Origin: Octopus vulgaris
Lineage: Eukaryota
Length of the DNA stretch: 64,000 nt
Assembly (NCBI GenBank): GCA_951406725.2
Contig: OX597820.1
Coordinates: 75,764,001-75,828,000, forward strand
Direction: 5' to 3'
Shown here: positions 56,723-64,000 of the stretch, piece after piece
How positions within the stretch are numbered: position 1 is the first letter of the stretch
Layout of the letters: each line of letters begins with the position of its first letter
Program-made: the position numbers and the translations under genes
Notes under the pieces: generated by a model
The model's database searches: none
The model's input: only the letters and a program-made list of their open reading frames with translations
Told to the model about the DNA's origin: nothing

Positions 56723-57455
56723 GTATGTATGTATGTATGTAAAACCAAATAAGGCAAAAGAAAATAACATTTGGCAAGAAAAAAGAAATATGAATCCACC
56801 AAGACAATATGGTCGATGGCGGACAGAGCCATTCAATACAACAAATATCTCTGCATTTCTTTTTTGATATGAGGGAAATATAACACACCATAAAATGATC
56901 CACGACAACAACAAACAGAAAAACAGAGATGGTATCAAATTGCAGACAGAGGGCAATATATTTCTTTTCTATTTGCGGAGTACCGTTAATGTTATTCAGC
57001 ACATAGCAAGCGACCGTATAATAACAAGGTACGAGAGATATAGAAGATCATTATATCCAAATTTCAGGATCGCAGCGTGAAATGAAAGTGTTGAAATAGC
57101 TACTGGCACTATGCACGTATTTACACACAAACACAGACACACACTTGAACATATGTGTGTACATATGTGCGCGTGTGTGTGCGTGTGTGTCTGTGTGTGC
57201 GTTCGTATGTGTACTGTCAAAGCATGCTAGTATAGTCCTCAGCGTACTGGCATTATTATTTGTCTTATTATATTCTTCGTTCTAGAAAGAATGGTAAGGC
57301 ATTATTCATGGATGGATAGTGTTGAATTGATAACTGGATCCTGGAGAAAATGCCGGTAGACATGGCGAGCATCATATTGTTTGTATCCAAAGTATTACAT
57401 ACGTAGAAACATGCATAATGTTATATATATAGATGTACATACATACATACATACA

Positions 57456-57521
<66 letters not shown>

Positions 57522-57589
57522 CATATATAAATATATATTTATTTATATATACATATATATATATATAATTATATATGCATATACATGTG

Positions 57590-57638
<49 letters not shown>

Positions 57639-57685
57639 ATATGTATGCTTATATACAAATATACATACCCACTTATATACGTATA

Positions 57686-57721
<36 letters not shown>

Positions 57722-58296
57722 CATATATATGCACGTGTGTGCGTGTGCGTGTATATCTGGCTTATATTTTACTTATTTCTCTCTGTCATTCAATATCTTC
57801 CGTATTTCTCAATAATTTTTCATTCATGTATTCTTTCTTACTCTACGACCATCATATATTTTACTCTCACATTTCCCATTTCTCTTACATATCCTCTATC
57901 AATCGTTCCCTCCCTCTCTCTATGTGTCGTTTTTCGACAGTCTCTCGCTTCCTACTTGAATATATTTATATACATATATAACTATATCCCGCCCTCTCTT
58001 ACTTTCACTTTCACATTCAATGGCTCTTACCTTGTCAATCATTTACCAAATCCTGTCAAATAACCTACCATACCTATTATTATTGCATACGGTCACTCTA
58101 GGGTGTTTTTGCTCCCAACGAAGCTAACAAATCGAAAATAAGTTATTAATTATCGTAAACAGCTCTCGATATTTTTTCCGTTTACGCAAAATATAGCTGC
58201 AGGCAGCAGAAAATTACCAGCACACTCCACCCGTATTGATCATAATAGTCATATATGTAGAAGTAAATATATGTGTGTTTGTGCGTATTATACATA

Positions 58297-58342
<46 letters not shown>

Positions 58343-58510
58343 ATATATACATATATACACATAAATGTATACATATTGTTGCATACATGTCTATGTGTGC
58401 GTGTGGATGTGGATGCGTGTTTGTGTGTGTGTACATATGCTAATATACTATGTAATATTAACAATAATAATAATAATAAAAATCATCATCATCATCATCA
58501 TTATTATTAA

Positions 58511-58589
<79 letters not shown>

Positions 58590-58954
58590 ATTATTATTAT
58601 TATTATCGTTATTATTTGTGATGTGTACGAGTCTATGTGGGATAATGTGCTGCTGTGTGTCTGTGTTAATTTGAGGAAGATTGCATAGATGGTGGCAATT
58701 TACTCGCATCGTCAAATTTAATTCCTTCCCACAAACATCTACTCAACAAAAATGCATGTAACACACATAAATAGAATGGCAGACAGGATTTATACACTCA
58801 TAGACACGCATATTCATGTGAATATATGTATGTGCACGTGTGCGTGTATGCATATATATACGTACATATTTATATATGCAAAACCATGCACATGCATACA
58901 TATGCATGTATATTTCTGTATGTGTATATTTGTATATATATATGTACACAAGTG

Positions 58955-59008
<54 letters not shown>

Positions 59009-59114
59009 TTATATATATACACACACAATACATATATGTATCTAAAGAATATATGTAATACATACATTTATCCATAGACATGTATCTGTACACATACACA
59101 CTGACACACACACT

Positions 59115-59158
<44 letters not shown>

Positions 59159-59224
59159 GATGTTGCATACCTTCATGTGCTTCTGTATGATATATAATAT
59201 ATATATATATATGGTGATAATATA

Positions 59225-60440
59225 TTCGTTGTTTTCTTCTGTCTATGACATCAGTGTTTGTGTTGTGAGAGAGAGCATTTACAGTCAGAGCAAGGTAAGT
59301 GAATTTATCAGCCCTGGCTAGATGCTTTCCATTTGCCAGGACGCCTGTTGTTTCGACTGTATTTTTATTAATGGCGATGTACTCTGTCTTGGATTCGTTT
59401 ATTTCTAGACCCACAATATTTGCTTCTCGCATGAGACGATCTAAGTAGTCCTGTGCCTGTATGTGGCTAGAAGCAAGAGAACAATACCTGCTGCAAAGCC
59501 AGATAGGCCAAATTATGTGATTCTGATATGCGTAGCATCTTTCATCGTATGATGTATGACCAACAAAATACATAAGGTGTTAAGGTATTCGCTTGCAAAA
59601 TTCCACTTTGAGGTGTGAAACCAGGGGATCGTTAATATTTATGATAAATATATATATCATATAGATGTTTAGCATCTATGTACCGATGTTATTTTTGATA
59701 TCCCTATCCTTTCAAGAATCTTAAACATAGCAGTTCTGCTGCCGCTCTCGAATGCTTTTCGAAATTCTAGGAACAGCGCAACTATTGAGAGACAACATTC
59801 AAAGCCTCAGTATTTTCTTTAACGTGTGAATTTGTTCAATGCAATTACGGTTCTTTTTAGAGGCACTCAGGTAGACACTTATATCTTTATCTATTTTTGC
59901 ACGTATGGGATTTAACAGAAGCCTATTAAAGCGGCATATGGAGTTACGTCGCAGCTTCAACGTCTCTGGTCGCCTGACATAAATCCAACAACGAAGATAA
60001 AGCTGCACACAAATCTATGTCTTCCCAATTTTTCATATGAATGCAAGACATGGGTCACAAATACGAATCGACAAAGGGCCTTGGTGAAAACGTTTCACAG
60101 AAAAAAAAAACGAAAGAAAACGTATAAGATATCCTATAACGACCACGTTTCCAGTGAGACATTGTACCAAATGGCTGATGAAAAACAAATGTGCTCAAGG
60201 ATAAAGGAACGCCGACTGAGATGGGTCGGTAACTAACTGCACCATCCACCCAATGACTGTTGGGTGCTGCTTAACACCATACAAGGTGGAAAACGCGTGA
60301 GGAAACGACCCAGAATGATTTTTCACAGTATGATATGTACAGAGTGCAGGACGTCGTTCAATGAAATACTTTTAGCGGCTGAAAATTGGAATCAGGAGAA
60401 AGCCTTAATAAAGTGTCTGCCAATGACTCGCTATACACTT
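59225..60440. mobile_element. RTE-clade LINE with inverted 5' part (RT on -, C-terminus on +)
   Basis: Minus 59930->59225: LLNPIRAKID, EQIHTLKKIL, FRKAFE, GLEINESKTEY, DKFTYL. Plus from ~59945: LQRLWS..TKIKL..YECKTW..ISYNDHVSSETLY..IKERRLRWVG..GKRVRKRPR. Confidence 0.8.
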
Positions 60441-60477
60441 TTCTTTTCCTTATTTATTTCTCTTTGTTGAATTTTGA

Positions 60478-60553
<76 letters not shown>

Positions 60554-60677
60554 AACATAAATTAAAAACAGAACACAAATTTTTTAATTTATGTTTGATA
60601 TGTTCTCTCACCTCTGCCACTATCTGGTATATACAGGTGCTTACACTTATCAATTATTCACTTTAAATTTACGTACC

Positions 60678-60733
<56 letters not shown>

Positions 60734-60799
60734 CACACACATATATATATATACACACACACACATCACGCAACCTTATTAAATCCCAATTCCAAACCC

Positions 60800-61290
60800 T
60801 GCAAAACCTAAGAAGCAAAAACCTCATCTACCTACCTTCAGACAAAGGGAAATAATTATGTATTATAGTCAAACCCACCTACAACAAACTAGCTATCGAA
60901 CACCTCGGTGACACCACACTATACGAAAAGTTTTACACCATCAACACCAGCTGGACCAACATCTGTCACCAAAAGAATCTCTCTAAGAAGGCTACACTGA
61001 ACTACACGTCTAAAAATACCACCCTTCCATCATTCTACTATTTAATAAAAACCCACAAAACCGGACCTAAGCTTAAAACCAGACCCATAGTATCAGGAAT
61101 TAGCGGTCCTTTCTATAAGATGTTTTGGCTCCTCTCTAAACTCCCCAAGCCCTTACTACACACGTCCCCAGACACGTCATCAGCTCCCACGAAATCTTCA
61201 CAAGACTCAAAAATATCGACCCCTTCATACTTAAAACTAACAAATACCCTTTTAGTTTGTATTTAATAGCGTCATATCCCACAATACATT
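60800..61290 (+). mobile_element. Penelope-like element reverse transcriptase N-terminal fragment
   Basis: PSDKGK*LCII..EHLGDTTLYEK..PSFYYLIKTHKTGPKLKTRPIVSGISGP matches the PLE DKG and FYxLPKxHK..RPIVS motifs. Confidence 0.8.
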
Positions 61291-61934
61291 CGCAATTCTA
61301 CTGCTCGTACCAACATCTAGGATACTAGATGACACACTTGAAGGAAGAGGCTCTTGGACAATAGTACTTGGAAGATACTAACAAAGCGGGGTAAGTTCTA
61401 CATCAACGGTGAAATTGGCAACTTTAGCAATGCGTTGCTTTCAATGCGATGCTTATCCATGCTTTTTAATTGAATTGAATTATTATTTTATATATATTCA
61501 TATATCACCTTTATAGATATTTATACTCCGGCGAAATTCAGAAATCAGCTCGTAAATAAATTAAAAACTTCGAATCCATCAGTATGCGCTCACTCACACA
61601 CACACAGTCGCATATCTAAGTATGTATTTATATATGTATGTACGCACACGTGTCTACGCTAATAGGTACAGAATGATCAATACACACGCAGAAGAGAGTC
61701 GATTCACATGAAAAAGAAAGTGAACAAAACAATATGACTACTTGCTTCTCGGGAAGTTCAATTTCAATATTGTTCTTTGTTTTTAAAGATAATCAAACCA
61801 AATAGTCATAATTTCCAGCCTCTCATCCAATGAGTATTTCCGCCAAATGTGATGAAAAACCCCTCAGCCGTTTTCCAATAATTTTGTAAACAGTCAGACA
61901 AACAGAAAAAGACGAGTGACTGCAATACCCTGCC

Positions 61935-62090
61935 TTCGTGGCTGTGTGGTAAGAAGCTTGGTTCCTAACCACATGTTCCTGTGTTCAGTCCCACTATATG
62001 GCTCATTGGGAGAGTGTCCTGTACTTTAGCCTCGGGCCGACTAAAGCCTTGCGAGTGGATCTGGTAGATGGAAACTGAAAGAAACCCGTC

Positions 62091-62141
<51 letters not shown>

Positions 62142-62345
62142 TGTATTTGTGTGTCTGTATCTGTCCCACTACCATCGCTTGACAACCGATATTGGCGTGT
62201 TTAGGTCCCCATAACCTAGCGGTTCGGGAAAAAAAAATAAAAGAATAATACTAGACTTACAGAGGTTAAGTCCTGGGATCGATTCGTTCGACTGAAGACT
62301 GTGCTCCAGTATGGCCGCAGTCAAATAGCTGATAAAGTAAAAGTA
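61935..62345 (+). mobile_element. SINE family B, full length
   Basis: Head gtggctgtgtggtaagaagc, internal (TA)n and tail gctccagtatggccgcagtcaaat. Confidence 0.85.
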
Positions 62346-62504
62346 TATATATATATATATATATGTATAAGTTAGAGGTGTTTAAAACCTCTAAGGGATG
62401 GTTAAACACAAAGGCACTCCTGGTGATTACCTGCGTAGGTACAGTTCTTGGTAAAATGTATAGAGTAGCAGGTAATTCAGCAGGTAAACCGTAGTTTAAA
62501 TTAT

Positions 62505-63135
62505 ATGCAGAAAGAAAATGGAGGGAAAATAACAGGAAGAGGTTGGTCGTTTGCGCCAGTAAGCCATTAAGTTAATTAATTTATAAAGAAAAGTAATAGT
62601 ACATTTCCGATCGATTTTGTTTACCAGTTGTAGTGTTAGACATCATCAGAATCCGAAGTCATATGTAGAGGTAAGAAGAGAGAAAGACATAGGGATCCAT
62701 TGGTAACGAGAATAAAGACCAAGAATGGTGAGTCTTACATTATAGTATGTTTCTTAGTTGATAATTTTGCTGCGAAGTTTAGCCAGAATAAACACGTAGA
62801 AAATATGCGTTTACTTAAACTTGGGACTACAGATCAAAATAACCTCCCTCCTACATACACTTCGCAGCAAAATTATCAACTAAGAAATCTACTAAAATAT
62901 AAGACTCACCATTCTTTGTGTATAATCTCGTTACCAACGTATCCTTATATCTTTCGCTCTGCTTAGCTCTACATATGACTCTACATTCTGATGATGTCTA
63001 CCACTAAAAGTGGTAAACAGAAACGATCGTAAATGTACTATTACAACCACTTTTCTTTATTAATTAACTAAATTAATGGGTTACTAACACAAACGACCAA
63101 CCTCTTCCTGTTATTTTCCTTCCATTTTCTTCTTG
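62505..63135. mobile_element. Foldback element (arms about 62511-62779 / 62859-63130); PLE-like
   Basis: aaaataacaggaagaggttggtcgtttg / caaacgaccaacctcttcctgttatttt and ttcttagttgataattttgctgcgaagt / acttcgcagcaaaattatcaactaagaa. Confidence 0.9.
62982..63037 (+). ncRNA. Canonical minimal type-I hammerhead ribozyme
   Basis: tacatt-CTGATGA-tgtctaccact aaa agtggtaaaca-GAAA-cgatc-GTA-aatgta, with palindrome ACGATCGT. A decayed mirror copy lies on - at about 62600-62652. Confidence 0.85.
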
Positions 63136-63490
63136 TATGTATATGTATGTATGTATATAAAGATACGGGCTGTTAATAGTTTCTTGCTGTGAAAACATGT
63201 GTCTGGGCAGATTTCTATAACACGCTTTGTGTCTACAACCAACCAAATCCTGGCTTTGAGCACCTGCCTAAACACGTGTCAAAGTACGAAGCCATTAGAA
63301 AGTCGTATCTCTAAACTGTGGACATTCACTGATATCATCCTCTCACTGGATGGTGTAGTCTCTCTTTTTGTTGATCTTGCTTTAACGGAACAGCAATATA
63401 TATAAATATACCCGTCTGTTTTCTTGTGTCGTCTCTTTGTGTGTTTTTGCGTTCTTGTCCCACTTTGTAATTTATATTTTATATTTAATT

Positions 63491-63555
<65 letters not shown>

Positions 63556-64000
63556 TTATACACATACACACACAGGCACACAAATGTATATATATATATT
63601 CATTGTATGAAACAGACCCAGTATTAGATTAAAGTAGCCATCCTGCATAATGTAGATACATCCTGAAAGGCAAATTTACTACGGTTTTCGACCGTACCTA
63701 GTATCTATTATGGACCTGCCATGTATAAATACACAAATATATGCATGAGAGAGCGACATATATAACACAGCAAGTATATAAGAGATATTATTTTTATATA
63801 TGGTGGAATAAACCGTGAGGCAGAAACTGAATATCAGTCAATATTCATTTTATTATTAATCTTTATTCTACTACTTATATTCAGAGTCCTCAGCCCTTTT
63901 TTGTCTTCCTTTAAAATGACTTTTCTACATACATGCATACAGATATATGTGTATGTATGTGTTTGTGCGTGTGTTTTGGAGACGCATGTGTGTTTTTGTG

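Overview
Eukaryotic, very AT-rich, microsatellite-dense DNA. The SINE and microsatellite landscape resembles octopus (coleoid cephalopod) intronic or intergenic sequence; this is inferred, not database-confirmed. No intact protein-coding gene is visible, and almost all listed ORFs are microsatellite artefacts. Recognisable content: decayed mariner/Tc1 transposons, two L1/Tx1-clade LINE families, RTE fragments, R4/Dong-like REL retrotransposon 3' ends, a Penelope-like (PLE) RT fragment, about four tRNA-derived SINE families and a few weak candidate host exons. Main observations: (1) several unrelated short elements next to (TA)n/(CA)n tracts carry minimal type-I hammerhead ribozyme folds, and four are foldbacks whose two arms point their 3' ends outward; (2) a ~140-bp long-range inverted repeat (12294-12431 / 13996-14142) whose transitions are all G-U compatible on the + strand and which loops out a 51-nt candidate cassette exon; (3) a SINE that shares its 3' tail with the Tx1 LINE and repeatedly sits inside its own copies at a fixed position; (4) retroelement families that partition among microsatellite motifs; (5) a twin-priming-type inverted RTE and a 5'-5' mariner derivative. 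Coordinates and folds were read by eye and are approximate.
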